Numbered from the stretch's first letter, positions 26,197 through 38,739 are shown. The stretch is 64,000 bases of DNA from Escherichia coli (GCF_003334385.1 NZ_QOWN01000011.1); one strand, 5' to 3'. Translations and numbers: made by a program. Notes: a model not told the origin generated them from the sequence alone.

Positions 26197-29100
26197 AAAT
26201 TCTCAGCCTGCGCCTGAAAAACCTGAACTCATTAAAAGGCGAATGGAAGATTGATTTCACCCGCGAGCCGTTCGCCAGCAACGGGCTGTTTGCTATTACC
26301 GGCCCAACAGGTGCGGGGAAAACCACCCTGCTGGACGCCATTTGTCTGGCGCTGTATCACGAAACTCCGCGTCTCTCTAACGTTTCACAATCGCAAAATG
26401 ATCTCATGACCCGCGATACCGCCGAATGTCTGGCGGAGGTGGAGTTTGAAGTGAAAGGTGAAGCGTACCGTGCATTCTGGAGCCAGAATCGGGCGCGTAA
26501 CCAACCCGACGGTAATTTGCAGGTGCCACGCGTAGAGCTGGCGCGCTGCGCCGACGGCAAAATTCTCGCCGACAAAGTGAAAGATAAGCTGGAACTGACA
26601 GCGACGTTAACCGGGCTGGATTACGGGCGCTTCACCCGTTCGATGCTGCTTTCGCAGGGGCAATTTGCTGCCTTCCTGAATGCCAAACCCAAAGAACGCG
26701 CGGAATTGCTCGAGGAGTTAACCGGCACTGAAATCTACGGGCAAATCTCGGCGATGGTTTTTGAGCAGCACAAATCGGCCCGCACAGAGCTGGAGAAGCT
26801 GCAAGCGCAGGCCAGCGGCGTCACGTTGCTCACGCCGGAACAAGTGCAATCGCTGACAGCGAGTTTGCAGGTACTTACTGACGAAGAAAAACAGTTAATT
26901 ACCGCGCAGCAGCAAGAACAACAATCGCTAAACTGGTTAACGCGTCAGGACGAATTGCAGCAAGAAGCCAGCCGCCGTCAGCAGGCCTTGCAACAGGCGT
27001 TAGCCGAAGAAGAAAAAGCGCAACCTCAACTGGCGGCGCTTAGTCTGGCACAACCGGCACGAAATCTTCGTCCACACTGGGAACGCATCGCAGAACACAG
27101 CGCGGCGCTGGCGCATATTCGCCAGCAGATTGAAGAAGTAAATACTCGCTTACAGAGCACAATGGCGCTTCGCGCGAGCATTCGCCACCACGCGGCGAAG
27201 CAGTCAGCAGAATTACAGCAGCAGCAACAAAGCCTGAATACCTGGTTACAGGAACACGACCGCTTCCGTCAGTGGAACAACGAACCGGCGGGTTGGCGTG
27301 CGCAGTTCTCCCAACAAACCAGCGATCGCGAGCATCTGCGGCAATGGCAGCAACAGTTAACCCATGCTGAGCAAAAACTTAATGCGCTTGCGGCGATCAC
27401 GTTGACGTTAACCGCCGATGAAGTTGCTACCGCCCTGGCGCAACATGCTGAGCAACGCCCACTGCGTCAGCACCTGGTCGCGCTGCATGGACAGATTGTT
27501 CCCCAACAAAAACGTCTGGCGCAGTTACAGGTCGCTATCCAGAATGTCACGCAAGAACAGACGCAACGTAACGCCGCACTTAACGAAATGCGCCAGCGTT
27601 ATAAAGAAAAGACGCAGCAACTTGCCGATGTGAAAACCATTTGCGAGCAGGAAGCGCGCATCAAAACGCTGGAAGCTCAACGTGCACAGTTACAGGCGGG
27701 TCAGCCTTGCCCACTTTGTGGTTCCACCAGCCACCCGGCGGTCGAGGCGTATCAGGCGCTGGAGCCTGGCGTTAATCAGTCTCGATTACTGGCGCTGGAA
27801 AACGAAGTTAAAAAGCTCGGTGAAGAAGGTGCGACGCTACGTGGGCAACTGGACGCCATAACAAAGCAGCTTCAGCGTGATGAAAACGAAGCGCAAAGCC
27901 TCCGACAAGATGAGCAAGCACTTACTCAACAATGGCAAGCCGTCACGGCCAGCCTCAATATCACCTTGCAGCCACTGGACGATATTCAACCGTGGCTGGA
28001 TGCACAAGATGAGCACGAACGCCAGCTGCGGTTACTCAGCCAACGGCATGAATTACAAGGGCAGATTGCCGCGCATAATCAGCAAATTATCCAGTATCAA
28101 CAGCAAATTGAACAACGCCAGCAACTACTTTTAACGACATTGACGGGTTATGCACTGACATTGCCACAGGAAGATGAAGAAGAGAGCTGGTTGGCGACAC
28201 GTCAGCAAGAAGCGCAGAGCTGGCAGCAACGCCAGAACGAATTAACCGCGCTGCAAAACCGTATTCAGCAGCTGACGCCGATTCTGGAAACGTTGCCGCA
28301 AAGTGATGAACTCCCGCACTGCGAAGAAACTGTGGTATTGGAAAACTGGCGGCAGGTACATGAACAATGTCTCGCATTACACAGCCAGCAGCAGACGTTA
28401 CAGCAACAGGATGTTCTGGCGGCGCAAAGTCTGCAAAAAGCCCAGGCGCAGTTTGACACCGCGCTACAGGCCAGCGTCTTTGACGATCAGCAGGCGTTCC
28501 TTGCGGCGCTAATGGATGAACAAACACTAACGCAGCTGGAACAGCTCAAGCAGAATCTGGAAAACCAGCGCCGTCAGGCGCAAACTCTGGTCACTCAGAC
28601 AGCAGAAACGCTGGCACAGCATCAACAACACCGACCTGACGACGGGTTGGCTCTCACTGTGACGGTGGAGCAGATTCAGCAAGAGTTAGCGCAAACTCAC
28701 CAAAAGTTGCGTGAAAACACCACGAGTCAAGGCGAGATTCGCCAGCAGCTGAAGCAGGATGCAGATAACCGTCAGCAACAACAAACCTTAATGCAGCAAA
28801 TTGCTCAAATGACGCAGCAGGTTGAGGACTGGGGATATCTGAATTCGCTAATAGGTTCCAAAGAGGGCGATAAATTCCGCAAGTTTGCCCAGGGGCTGAC
28901 GCTGGATAATTTAGTCCATCTCGCTAATCAGCAACTTACCCGGCTGCACGGGCGCTATCTGTTACAGCGCAAAGCCAGCGAGGCGCTGGAAGTCGAGGTT
29001 GTTGATACCTGGCAGGCAGATGCGGTACGCGATACCCGTACCCTTTCCGGCGGCGAAAGTTTCCTCGTTAGTCTGGCGCTGGCGCTGGCGCTTTCGGATC

Positions 29101-29339
29101 TGGTCAGCCATAAAACACGTATTGACTCGCTGTTCCTTGATGAAGGTTTTGGCACGCTGGATAGCGAAACGCTGGATACCGCCCTTGATGCGCTGGATGC
29201 CCTGAACGCCAGTGGCAAAACCATCGGTGTGATTAGCCACGTAGAAGCGATGAAAGAGCGTATTCCGGTGCAGATCAAAGTGAAAAAGATCAACGGCCTG
29301 GGCTACAGCAAACTGGAAAGTACGTTTGCAGTGAAATAA
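26193..29339 (+). CDS. sbcC: SbcCD nuclease, ATPase/coiled-coil subunit
   Basis: 1048-aa ORF with N-terminal Walker A (GPTGAGKTT), long Q/E-rich coiled coil with CPLC zinc hook, C-terminal signature ([17 protein letters not shown]...[11 protein letters not shown]). Confidence 0.95.
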   Translation: MKILSLRLKNLNSLKGEWKIDFTREPFASNGLFAITGPTGAGKTTLLDAICLALYHETPRLSNVSQSQNDLMTRDTAECLAEVEFEVKGEAYRAFWSQNRARNQPDGNLQVPRVELARCADGKILADKVKDKLELTATLTGLDYGRFTRSMLLSQGQFAAFLNAKPKERAELLEELTGTEIYGQISAMVFEQHKSARTELEKLQAQASGVTLLTPEQVQSLTASLQVLTDEEKQLITAQQQEQQSLNWLTRQDELQQEASRRQQALQQALAEEEKAQPQLAALSLAQPARNLRPHWERIAEHSAALAHIRQQIEEVNTRLQSTMALRASIRHHAAKQSAELQQQQQSLNTWLQEHDRFRQWNNEPAGWRAQFSQQTSDREHLRQWQQQLTHAEQKLNALAAITLTLTADEVATALAQHAEQRPLRQHLVALHGQIVPQQKRLAQLQVAIQNVTQEQTQRNAALNEMRQRYKEKTQQLADVKTICEQEARIKTLEAQRAQLQAGQPCPLCGSTSHPAVEAYQALEPGVNQSRLLALENEVKKLGEEGATLRGQLDAITKQLQRDENEAQSLRQDEQALTQQWQAVTASLNITLQPLDDIQPWLDAQDEHERQLRLLSQRHELQGQIAAHNQQIIQYQQQIEQRQQLLLTTLTGYALTLPQEDEEESWLATRQQEAQSWQQRQNELTALQNRIQQLTPILETLPQSDELPHCEETVVLENWRQVHEQCLALHSQQQTLQQQDVLAAQSLQKAQAQFDTALQASVFDDQQAFLAALMDEQTLTQLEQLKQNLENQRRQAQTLVTQTAETLAQHQQHRPDDGLALTVTVEQIQQELAQTHQKLRENTTSQGEIRQQLKQDADNRQQQQTLMQQIAQMTQQVEDWGYLNSLIGSKEGDKFRKFAQGLTLDNLVHLANQQLTRLHGRYLLQRKASEALEVEVVDTWQADAVRDTRTLSGGESFLVSLALALALSDLVSHKTRIDSLFLDEGFGTLDSETLDTALDALDALNASGKTIGVISHVEAMKERIPVQIKVKKINGLGYSKLESTFAVK

Positions 29340-29464
29340 CTATTCAGCAGGATAATGAATACAGAGGGGCGAATTATCTCTTGGCCTTGCTGGTCGTTAT
29401 CCTGCAAGCTATCACTTTATTGGCTACGGTGATTGGTAGCCGTTCTGGTGGTTGTGATGGTGGT

Positions 29465-30649
29465 ATGAAAAAAGTCATTTTATCTTTGGCTCTGGGCACG
29501 TTTGGTTTGGGGATGGCCGAATTTGGCATTATGGGCGTGCTCACGGAGCTGGCGCATAACGTAGGAATTTCGATTCCTGCCGCCGGGCATATGATCTCGT
29601 ATTATGCACTGGGGGTGGTGGTCGGTGCGCCAATCATCACACTCTTTTCCAGCCGCTACTCACTCAAACATATCTTGTTGTTTCTGGTGGCGTTGTGCGT
29701 CATTGGCAACGCCATGTTCACGCTCTCTTCGTCTTACCTGATGCTCGCCATTGGTCGGCTGGTATCCGGCTTTCCGCATGGCGCATTTTTTGGCGTCGGA
29801 GCGATCGTGTTATCAAAAATTATCAAACCCGGAAAAGTCACCGCCGCCGTGGCGGGGATGGTTTCCGGGATGACAGTCGCCAATTTGCTGGGCATTCCGC
29901 TGGGAACGTATTTAAGTCAGGAATTTAGCTGGCGTTACACCTTTTTATTGATCGCTGTTTTTAATATTGCGGTGATGGCATCGGTCTATTTTTGGGTGCC
30001 AGATATTCGCGACGAGGCGAAAGGAAATCTGCGCGAACAATTTCACTTTTTGCGCAGCCCGGCCCCGTGGTTAATTTTCGCCGCCACGATGTTTGGCAAC
30101 GCAGGTGTGTTTGCCTGGTTCAGCTACGTAAAGCCATACATGATGTTTATTTCCGGTTTTTCGGAAACGGCGATGACCTTTATTATGATGTTAGTTGGGC
30201 TAGGGATGGTGCTGGGAAATATGCTAAGTGGCAGGATTTCAGGACGTTATTCACCACTGCGCATTGCAGCAGTGACTGACTTTATAATTGTACTGGCACT
30301 GCTGATGCTCTTTTTCTGCGGCGGCATGAAAACAACGTCGCTTATTTTTGCTTTTATTTGTTGCGCGGGATTATTTGCCCTTTCAGCACCGCTACAAATA
30401 TTGTTACTACAAAACGCCAAAGGCGGAGAGTTATTAGGTGCCGCAGGTGGGCAAATAGCGTTTAACCTCGGTAGCGCCGTCGGCGCATATTGCGGAGGTA
30501 TGATGCTGACGCTGGGGCTGGCATATAATTACGTGGCGCTGCCTGCCGCCCTGCTTTCGTTTGCTGCGATGTCGTCGTTGCTGCTGTATGGTCGCTATAA
30601 GCGCCAGCAAGCGGCGGATACTCCGGTGCTGGCGAAACCACTGGGGTAG
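29465..30649 (+). CDS. araJ: MFS transporter AraJ
   Basis: 394-aa product MKKVILSLALGTFGLGMAEFGIMGVL...; 12-TM MFS; start moved downstream of track start. Confidence 0.88.
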   Translation: MKKVILSLALGTFGLGMAEFGIMGVLTELAHNVGISIPAAGHMISYYALGVVVGAPIITLFSSRYSLKHILLFLVALCVIGNAMFTLSSSYLMLAIGRLVSGFPHGAFFGVGAIVLSKIIKPGKVTAAVAGMVSGMTVANLLGIPLGTYLSQEFSWRYTFLLIAVFNIAVMASVYFWVPDIRDEAKGNLREQFHFLRSPAPWLIFAATMFGNAGVFAWFSYVKPYMMFISGFSETAMTFIMMLVGLGMVLGNMLSGRISGRYSPLRIAAVTDFIIVLALLMLFFCGGMKTTSLIFAFICCAGLFALSAPLQILLLQNAKGGELLGAAGGQIAFNLGSAVGAYCGGMMLTLGLAYNYVALPAALLSFAAMSSLLLYGRYKRQQAADTPVLAKPLG

Positions 30650-30676
30650 GTTATAGTCTCGGTGCTCATTACTTAT

Positions 30677-30870
30677 TGCCGGATGCGGCGTGAACGCCTT
30701 ATCCGCCCTACGCGGTTCTGGCACATTTTGCAGGCCTGATAAGACGCGGCAAGCGTCGCATCAGGCATCGGAGCACTTATTGCCGGATGCGGCGTGAACG
30801 CCTTATCCGGCCTACGGTTCTGGCACCTTTTGTAGGCCTGATAAGACGCGGCAAGCGTCGCATCAGGCAT
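30677..30870. repeat. BIME: four REP units as a tandemly duplicated ~100-bp module
   Basis: TGCCGGATGCGGCGTGAACGCCTTATCCG...CAGGCCTGATAAGACGCGGCAAGCGTCGCATCAGGCAT occurs twice in tandem (about 30670-30769 and 30776-30870) with a few substitutions. Confidence 0.85.
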
Positions 30871-30893
30871 GATGCGCCAATTGCCTACGTTTT

Positions 30894-31802
30894 TTACTCT
30901 TGTGGCCATAACCACGCAGCGCCGCGTACGCCGCTGGAATCACCGTGCTTCGCCTTACGCACCGGCGTTTCACATTCGCCGCCGAAGACAAATTGTTTAA
31001 TCAACTGCCCAACCGTTTGATATAAACGGTCTACATTGCTCATCCCGCCCCCCAGGACAATCACATCCGGATCGAGAATATTCACGACATGTGCCAGCGA
31101 TTTTGCCAGCCGCAGCTCGTAGCGACGCAATGCCAGTTCCGCTACCGGATCGCTTTCTTCAACCAGGCGGATAATTTCACTGCCTTTCAGCGCATGTCCG
31201 CTCAAACGACGATAATCCATCGCGAATCCCGTGCCCGAAATAAAGGTTTCAATACAACCTTGTTTACCGCAATAACAAGGGACTTCCTCGCGATAACGCA
31301 GTTCGTCTTCGTCCATCCACGGTAGCGGATTGTGTCCCCACTCACCTGCCGTGCCATTGCCGCCGATATGCGCCCGCCCATTGAATGCCACGCCCGCGCC
31401 GCATCCCGTGCCGATAATCACGGCAAATACCGTCTGCGCTCCCGCTGCCGCGCCATCTACTGCTTCTGAAACCGCCAGACAGTTAGCGTCATTTGCCAGC
31501 CGCACTTCCCGCTGCAACCTCGCGCTTAAGTCTTTATCGAATGGCTGACCGTTGAGCCAGGTTGAATTGGCATTCTTCACCACACCGGTGTAAGGCGAAA
31601 TTGAGCCAGGAATGCCCATACCTACCGTTCCGCGCTGCCCCGTCGCCTGCTCCGCCATATCAACCAACGTGGCGATCGTTTCAATAGTCTGCCGGTAATC
31701 ATCACGCGGCGTGGGCAGACGATGGCGGTACAACTGCTCCCCTGCATCGCCCAGTGCAATCACTTCAGTTTTGGTGCCGCCTAAATCGATACCTATACGC
31801 AC
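30894..31802 (-). CDS. mak: ROK-family fructokinase/manno(fructo)kinase
   Basis: 302-aa product starting at GTG (complement 31800-31802) with AAGGAG upstream: [13 protein letters not shown]...; ROK Cys motif CYCGKQGC. Confidence 0.88.
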
Positions 31803-31926
31803 GGTACTCTCCTTATTTTTTTCAATATCAATAGCGTAGAGACGGACAACCGGATTGGCAATGCAAGGCCGCCGACAATTCGTTATCATGCCCGCTAAAT
31901 TTAACGACAAGGCCGTGGAAATTATC

Positions 31927-32838
31927 ATGCTGTGGTTCAAAAATTTAATGGTTTACCGTCTTAGCCGCGAGATTTCGCTGCGTGCAGAAGAGATGGAAAA
32001 ACAGCTAGCCTCGATGGCATTTACCCCATGCGGCAGCCAGGACATGGCGAAGATGGGCTGGGTTCCTCCGATGGGATCGCACAGCGATGCGTTAACGCAC
32101 GTTGCCAATGGTCAAATTGTTATCTGCGCGCGCAAAGAAGAAAAAATCCTCCCGTCTCCGGTGATTAAACAGGCGCTGGAAGCGAAAATCGCCAAACTGG
32201 AAGCGGAACAGGCGCGTAAGCTGAAGAAAACCGAAAAAGATTCGCTGAAAGACGAAGTGCTGCACTCTCTGCTGCCGCGTGCTTTCAGCCGTTTTAGCCA
32301 GACAATGATGTGGATCGACACGGTTAACGGTTTGATTATGGTGGACTGCGCCAGTGCCAAAAAAGCGGAAGATACGCTGGCATTACTGCGTAAAAGCCTG
32401 GGGTCGTTACCGGTTGTACCATTGAGCATGGAAAACCCGATTGAACTGACGCTGACCGAATGGGTTCGCTCCGGTAGTGCGGCACAGGGCTTCCAGCTGC
32501 TTGATGAAGCCGAGCTGAAATCGTTGCTGGAAGATGGCGGCGTGATCCGCGCGAAGAAACAAGATCTGACCAGCGAAGAGATCACCAATCACATTGAAGC
32601 CGGAAAAGTGGTGACTAAACTGGCGCTCGACTGGCAGCAGCGCATTCAGTTTGTGATGTGCGACGATGGTTCGCTCAAGCGTCTGAAGTTCTGCGACGAG
32701 CTGCGCGATCAAAACGAAGATATCGACCGTGAAGATTTCGCCCAGCGTTTTGATGCCGATTTCATCCTGATGACTGGTGAACTGGCAGCGTTAATTCAAA
32801 ACCTGATTGAAGGATTAGGTGGCGAAGCACAACGTTAA
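31927..32838 (+). CDS. rdgC: recombination-associated protein RdgC
   Basis: 303-aa product [27 protein letters not shown]...; divergent from mak. Confidence 0.9.
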
Positions 32839-32867
32839 TTGCTGATTTTCCTTTAATGCCGGATGCG

Positions 32868-32895
32868 ACGCCTGCCGCGTCTTATCCGGCGTACG
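32868..32895. repeat. REP element downstream of rdgC
   Basis: GCCGGATGCGACGCCTGCCGCGTCTTATCCGGC palindrome. Confidence 0.7.
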
Positions 32896-32995
32896 AAGCC
32901 ACACCAGGCATATAATTATTCGCTACGGCGAGCAATAATTTGTAGCGCAGCAATATTATGCGTTTTACGCTGTAACTTGCTCCATGGACGTTGTG

Positions 32996-33277
32996 TCATT
33001 GTTTTTCCTCAAGCCGGTGACGCGCTTCACTGCGAATTTTCCGCGTTGCCCCGGTTTTCACTAAATCACGTAACAGCGAAAGATCGGGTTGTTCGACAAA
33101 TAAGAGTAATGATGGATCCTCTTTTAACCACGCCGTTTTCACATCGGCAGCCAGCTGTGGATTATTAATAGCCAGCGACCGATCCTGAGGCTCAGTCAAT
33201 GTCGTTAACAACAACGCCGGGGTATGTGCGTTGCGCAATGCCGTTTGGCGTAAATGATCATTGCGACTTTGCAGCAA
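32996..33277 (-). CDS. small hypothetical protein (position of K-12 ykiA)
   Basis: 93-aa ORF only; no recognisable domain; position between rdgC and ppnP is the sole support. Confidence 0.3.
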   Translation of the reverse strand: MLQSRNDHLRQTALRNAHTPALLLTTLTEPQDRSLAINNPQLAADVKTAWLKEDPSLLLFVEQPDLSLLRDLVKTGATRKIRSEARHRLEEKQ

Positions 33278-33446
33278 TGCACGCCACCATTCATCATCTG
33301 ATTTATCTTTTATCGTAGCCAGTTCCGCAACAATATCTGGAGATCTTCACTGATATTTATATCAACCTTGATAAATTATGAATATATCGGAAATTGAAAA
33401 AATCGCAGCAAAGGAAATATTATTATGGGCTAAAGAAAGGATATTT

Positions 33447-33477
33447 CAGAAAAATGCCCTCCCGTTCAAGGGGAAGG
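33447..33477 (-). terminator. probable intrinsic terminator of ppnP
   Basis: Imperfect GC stem (GCCCTCCC / GGGAAGGC) just after the ppnP stop, followed on the minus strand by a short interrupted U run. Confidence 0.5.
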
Positions 33478-33484
33478 CGAGGAA

Positions 33485-33769
33485 TTACAGATAGCGGCAC
33501 AGATAAGAGGTGGGTTCGGCAACTTGCAGATGAAACTCACTGTGACCGGGAACATTAAACACCGAACCGGCTTCATACACCTGCCAGTCGGTCGCGTCAG
33601 GCAGTAACACATTCAGCGCGCCACTGATTACCGTCATCTCTTCCGGCTCAGCGGTGCTGAAGGTGTATTCGCCTTCAACCATAACACCCACGCTGGCGCG
33701 ACCAGTGCTGCTGCTGGAAAAGCCGATTGATTTCACTTTGCCGGAAAAGTACTCATTACTTTGAAGCAT
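33485..33769 (-). CDS. ppnP: pyrimidine/purine nucleoside phosphorylase (cupin)
   Basis: 94-aa [40 protein letters not shown]... Confidence 0.9.
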
Positions 33770-33840
33770 AAACTGGCCCTGTTTGGTAGTTGAACATCTA
33801 CTTCACTATAGGGGCCAGAGGCGCTGGCTGTCACGCAAAA

Positions 33841-34518
33841 TTACACCAGTAATTCCGCAGCCAGCCGTGCAATCAATACGTTAGACAGCAAGACAGGAAC
33901 ATCGAGCTGTTTTTGCAGTAAATCGCGATGACGTTGGTGAAATCCTAAACAATCCAGCATGATGACATCAGCCCCTTTTGCCAGTAATTCTTTCCCGGCA
34001 TCAATGATTTTTTGTTCTGAATCATGAATGGGGTTACCCAATGAAAATACCGGCGATTTCTGCAAAATTTGCCATTTTTGCGCCTGAACGGGCAGCATCT
34101 CCTCAACCGGAACGATAACCCCCACCTGATGATCTTCAACAATAGAGGAAACCAGTGGAGGCAATATTCGCGACGGCTCAAGAAAGATCGTATTACGCGC
34201 AGTCATACTACTAATGTTTGCTGTACTCATTAATAAAATGACGTCATAACCCTGATTATCGAGCACTTCAACCACACCTTGCAGGTCACGCTCCACTTTG
34301 CGACGCGAAACATGGGCCAGCTGGTTGTCATTTAATAATGTGAGAATGGTGTCTTCGCCTGCTTCTGGCGCGTACTCCGCCATCACTTCTTCACGACTTA
34401 ACTTCCCCAGCAGGCTATGATGGGAAATATTATCTTCGTCAATGTATTCCGTCAGGAGCGGCAAAACTTCCTGCATAGGTACAATGCCGATGGTCAGGAT
34501 CGCCAACGACGCACTCAT
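33841..34518 (-). CDS. aroM: AroM family protein
   Basis: 225-aa ORF; position downstream of aroL-yaiA. Confidence 0.88.
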
Positions 34519-34775
34519 TGTTCATCCACCTTACTTTTCTTTCGTCGTTAATTACCGGGCAAGTGTGAAGCACCACTGCTGACACTTACTTGTGCTACAA
34601 ATGACAAAAAGCGTAGCAGCAGACGTGCACGGCATAATGTAAAGATTCCAAATGATTCCAGTAATGGATTGTTATTGTTTAATATTCTAATTATTAGAAA
34701 AACATGAATTATGAAAAATGTGACGCAGATCCCTTGTAGTGGCACTCAGAATCCCTTCCGAGCAGTCTGATGCGG

Positions 34776-34976
<201 letters not shown>

Positions 34977-35016
34977 TTATTTCACGGGATGAACGTTAAG
35001 TATAGGCGCTCGAAAA

Positions 35017-35541
35017 TCAACAATTGATCGTCTGTGCCAGGGCGCTGCGAATTTCAGAAATCACCTGGCTGGGTTCGTTTGTTGCGTCGATGATAATATG
35101 CGCAACTTCGCGATATAGCGCATCGCGTTCTTCCAGCACTTCCTGAACTTCTTCGCTCAGCGGTTTTCCCGTTAAGGTTGGCCGTAAATCTTCTTCCGGT
35201 GCAGCTTGCAGTCGGTTAACCAGGACTGATACTGGCGCACACAAATAAACCACGATCCCGTTATTTTGCATGAAGTGACGATTAAATTCCGTCAGAATAA
35301 TGCCGCCGCCTGTAGCGATAACGGTGGATGGCGCAGTTACCGCTTCCAGCGCCGCCGTTTCTCTGGCGCGAAATCCCGCCCACTCTTCCCTTTCGACGAT
35401 CTCCGCGACCGTCATATTGAGCTGTGATTGCAACCACTGATCGGTATCGACAAACCGACGGTTAAGCGAATCGGCAAGGGCCATTCCGACCGTTGTTTTA
35501 CCACAGCCCCGAGGCCCGATCAGAAAAAGAGGTTGTGTCAT
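35017..35541 (-). CDS. aroL: shikimate kinase 2
   Basis: 174-aa [29 protein letters not shown] (P-loop), shikimate kinase family. Confidence 0.95.
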
Positions 35542-35599
35542 CGTGGGTTTTCCCCAATAGGTCGCAATGCGGCGAAAGCCGGTGTCATGAGAATAGCGA

Positions 35600-35723
35600 T
35601 CATACCATCAAACTAGTACAATTTCGATTGTAAAGAAAAAATTCCACTTAAAGTGAAAATCTCAATACACCCCTTACTATACCAATAAATATTCAAGAAT
35701 GAAGTGTAAATAATAAATTACAT
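35600..35723 (-). promoter_or_regulatory. aroL promoter region with TyrR-box-like and TrpR-like sites
   Basis: TGTAAATAATAAATTACA (35705-35722) and TGTAAAGAAAAAATTCCA fit TGTAAA-N6-TTTACA loosely; AACTAGTACAA resembles a TrpR half-site. Not all sites resolved. Confidence 0.5.
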
Positions 35724-36182
35724 TTAGCCACGACTACGTTGCACTTCCAGCCACCACTTCTCCAGCTCCGCGGCAAAGGCCTGGCGGTCACGTTGTGAAA
35801 GGCTATCTGGTCCGCCGGTCTGGATCCCACTGGCACGTAAGGTATCCATAAAATCGCGCATCGTCAGGCGCTCACGAATGGTCGCTGGCGTGTAACGTTC
35901 GCCGCGCGGATTAAGCGCCGCAGCGCCTTTCTCGATGGCTTCAGCAGCCAAAGGTATATCTGCGGTGATCACCAAATCGCCCGCTTCACACTGCCGGACA
36001 ATTTCGTTATCGGCAACGTCGAAACCTGCCGCGACGCGCAGCGTACGAATAAATCGCGATGGCGGCACGCGTAAACTCTGGTTTGCTACCAGTACCAGCG
36101 GCATCTGCATACGTTCCGCCGCGCGATACAAAATCTCTTTAATTACATTGGGACACGCGTCGGCATCCACCCAAATTGTCAT
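35724..36182 (-). CDS. yaiI: UPF0178/DUF188 family protein YaiI
   Basis: 152-aa product [27 protein letters not shown]...; internal ATG chosen from 192-aa track ORF. Confidence 0.85.
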   Translation of the reverse strand: MTIWVDADACPNVIKEILYRAAERMQMPLVLVANQSLRVPPSRFIRTLRVAAGFDVADNEIVRQCEAGDLVITADIPLAAEAIEKGAAALNPRGERYTPATIRERLTMRDFMDTLRASGIQTGGPDSLSQRDRQAFAAELEKWWLEVQRSRG

Positions 36183-36301
36183 AAAGTCATCCTTTGTTGG
36201 GTAATCCTCTATTGTGTCGCGCTTTTGCCTTCCGGCATAGTTCTGTTTATGCTTCTGCCAGCGATTATCAAAACAATGAATTTCACGGCAGGAGTGAGGC
36301 A

Positions 36302-37111
36302 ATGGAAAAGAAAATCGGTTTTATTGGCTGCGGCAATATGGGAAAAGCCATTCTCGGCGGTCTGATTGCCAGCGGTCAGGTGCTTCCAGGGCAAATCTGG
36401 GTATACACCCCCTCCCCGGATAAAGTCGCCGCCCTGCATGACCAGTTCGGCATCAACGCCGCAGAATCGGCGCAAGAAGTGGCGCAAATCGCCGACATCA
36501 TTTTTGCTGCCGTTAAACCTGGCATCATGATTAAAGTGCTTAGCGAAATCACCTCCAGCCTGAATAAAGACTCTCTGGTCGTTTCTATTGCTGCAGGTGT
36601 CACGCTCGACCAGCTTGCCCGCGCGCTGGGCCATGACCGGAAAATTATCCGCGCCATGCCGAACACTCCCGCACTGGTTAATGCCGGGATGACCTCCGTA
36701 ACGCCAAACGCGCTGGTAACCCCAGAAGATACCGCTGATGTGCTGAATATTTTCCGCTGCTTTGGCGAAGCGGAAGTAATTGCTGAGCCGATGATCCACC
36801 CGGTGGTCGGTGTGAGCGGTTCTTCGCCAGCCTACGTATTTATGTTTATCGAAGCGATGGCCGACGCCGCCGTGCTGGGCGGGATGCCACGCGCCCAGGC
36901 GTATAAATTTGCCGCTCAGGCGGTAATGGGTTCCGCAAAAATGGTGCTGGAAACGGGAGAACATCCGGGGGCACTGAAAGATATGGTCTGCTCACCGGGA
37001 GGCACCACCATTGAAGCGGTACGCGTACTGGAAGAGAAAGGCTTCCGTGCTGCAGTGATCGAAGCGATGACGAAGTGTATGGAAAAATCAGAAAAACTCA
37101 GCAAATCCTGA
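36302..37111 (+). CDS. proC: pyrroline-5-carboxylate reductase
   Basis: 269-aa product [21 protein letters not shown] (Rossmann GxGxxG). Confidence 0.95.
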   Translation: MEKKIGFIGCGNMGKAILGGLIASGQVLPGQIWVYTPSPDKVAALHDQFGINAAESAQEVAQIADIIFAAVKPGIMIKVLSEITSSLNKDSLVVSIAAGVTLDQLARALGHDRKIIRAMPNTPALVNAGMTSVTPNALVTPEDTADVLNIFRCFGEAEVIAEPMIHPVVGVSGSSPAYVFMFIEAMADAAVLGGMPRAQAYKFAAQAVMGSAKMVLETGEHPGALKDMVCSPGGTTIEAVRVLEEKGFRAAVIEAMTKCMEKSEKLSKS

Positions 37112-37127
37112 TGACTTTCGCCGGACG

Positions 37128-38243
37128 TCAGGCCGCCACTTCGGTGCGGTTACGTCCGGCTTTCTTTGCTTTGTAAAGCGCCAAATCTGCCGATTTCAAC
37201 CACTCACGATAGTGACTCATTTGTGGGTTCAGCGGCGCAACCCCCACACTAATCCGTAAAGTTACCTGTGGCGTATTCGGCAAACGTAATGTATTTAGCC
37301 CTTCATGCACCCGTAACATGGCGGTAATGGCGCTCTCAGCTGGCGTACCGGACATGATTACTGCAAACTCATCGCCGCCAAACCGACCAATCACATCGCT
37401 ACCGCGCAGGGTAATTTGTAACTGTCGGGTAAGCGCCACAATCGCTTCATCGCCCACATCATGGCCCCAGGTATCGTTGATGCTCTTGAAATGGTCGATA
37501 TCGATAATCAGTAACGTTGCATCGCGATTATGCCGCCGACAGTTATCAAATTCATTGCGTAACATAGTTTCCCAATGACGTCGGTTATACACGCCCGTCA
37601 TGCCGTCGCGGGTACTCATGACCTGCAACCTGCGTTTATGTTCCGCCAGTTTGGTTGCCGTCTGGTAGCTGACCCAGCCAAACAGCAGAGGATAAATGAC
37701 AATAATGGGAAGGGAGAGCCACCATTCCAGCGGCGCACTATTGAACGACACGGTAATGCCCGTCAGCTCGAGGGTGACAAGGCAGGAAACCACCATCAAC
37801 ACCAGACCCGCGACAAACAGACGGGGGCCGCCTGCCCCCATCAAATTCAGACACATAATCATCAACATCGCGGTGGAAGGCAGCACGTTTACGCCCATTA
37901 CGCCTACCCACATTCCCGCTAATACTGCATCGGTTTTTAAGTTGTAAATTTCCCGGCTAAGCGGATCGACGGCCCTGCTCGCTATCTGCCAGGCTAAATG
38001 CGGCCAGACGAACGCCCAGCCGACCAACACCAGCCACCACCAGCCCGGCGGCGGGTGTGAAACCAGCGTTGAAGCAATCGGTAAGAACATGCCAGCCAGG
38101 CCAACCGCACGGGGTAGTCTGACGCGACGGGCGAAGCGCAGCCCGGACCGCTGATGTTCGTTTTGAGGAGTTAAAGGAGGTTCCTCCCCGTGCGCCGCCG
38201 CTTTTTTGAAAAAGTTTTCATCATTCATTATTTTTGGGAACAT
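37128..38243 (-). CDS. dgcC: diguanylate cyclase (MASE2 + GGDEF)
   Basis: 371-aa ORF, N-terminal membrane domain, C-terminal GGDEF with RFGGDEF motif. Confidence 0.9.
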   Translation of the reverse strand: MFPKIMNDENFFKKAAAHGEEPPLTPQNEHQRSGLRFARRVRLPRAVGLAGMFLPIASTLVSHPPPGWWWLVLVGWAFVWPHLAWQIASRAVDPLSREIYNLKTDAVLAGMWVGVMGVNVLPSTAMLMIMCLNLMGAGGPRLFVAGLVLMVVSCLVTLELTGITVSFNSAPLEWWLSLPIIVIYPLLFGWVSYQTATKLAEHKRRLQVMSTRDGMTGVYNRRHWETMLRNEFDNCRRHNRDATLLIIDIDHFKSINDTWGHDVGDEAIVALTRQLQITLRGSDVIGRFGGDEFAVIMSGTPAESAITAMLRVHEGLNTLRLPNTPQVTLRISVGVAPLNPQMSHYREWLKSADLALYKAKKAGRNRTEVAA

Positions 38244-38344
38244 TCAGAAACAATTTTCCCAAATTATAGAGACGGAGCTAAAGGCAGAAGTATGATATTT
38301 CGGGTGAGCCATTTTCGTAGCTCACCCGTTAGCACTATCAGGTA

Positions 38345-38665
38345 TCAGGCGGCTTTCTTGAGGCAGGCACTCATAAACTTATTACGATCATCACCTTTCA
38401 GAGATTGTTGTGTTGCTTGATTATTGCATTCGCGCATCTTTTGCTGCTGTGGCGTCAAACTTTTTTCGCCAGGCGCAGACTTGCTGTTCTTCAGGCAATC
38501 ACTCATGTAGGTCTTACGAGCATCCCCTTTCAACGCCTGCGCCGTCGCCTGCTGATTACAGGAGGTCATACGCTGTTGTTGTGGGGTTAAAGTTCTCTCG
38601 GCAGCGCCGACGGTGGTTAAAAAAACCAGACCGAAAAGCAAGGTAACCAGTAATGTTATTTTCAT
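38345..38665 (-). CDS. psiF: phosphate-starvation-inducible protein PsiF
   Basis: 106-aa product MKITLLVTLLFGLVFLTTVGAAERTLTPQQQ... with internal duplication; downstream of phoA. Confidence 0.88.
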   Translation of the reverse strand: MKITLLVTLLFGLVFLTTVGAAERTLTPQQQRMTSCNQQATAQALKGDARKTYMSDCLKNSKSAPGEKSLTPQQQKMRECNNQATQQSLKGDDRNKFMSACLKKAA

Positions 38666-38739
38666 AGCACCATCCCTCTTCATGTTTTAACCATGAGCGT
38701 ATGCGCCCGTGATCTGCCATTAAGTCTGGTTGCTAACAG

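Noticed and set aside
26900-28800. Highly repetitive Q/E/L-rich stretch in sbcC
   Set aside because: This is the expected long coiled-coil arm of the SMC-like SbcC protein, with the CPLC zinc hook at its centre.
30434-30915. Minus-strand ORFs of 80-96 aa spanning the araJ-mak BIME
   Set aside because: They read through REP palindromes and repeat the same peptide (ACKMCQNR / PDKAFTPHPAIS) because the DNA is tandemly duplicated; not coding.
33357-33370. Short palindrome TATCAACCTTGATA in the ppnP downstream region
   Set aside because: Too short and isolated to assign to any regulator; only 6-bp arms.
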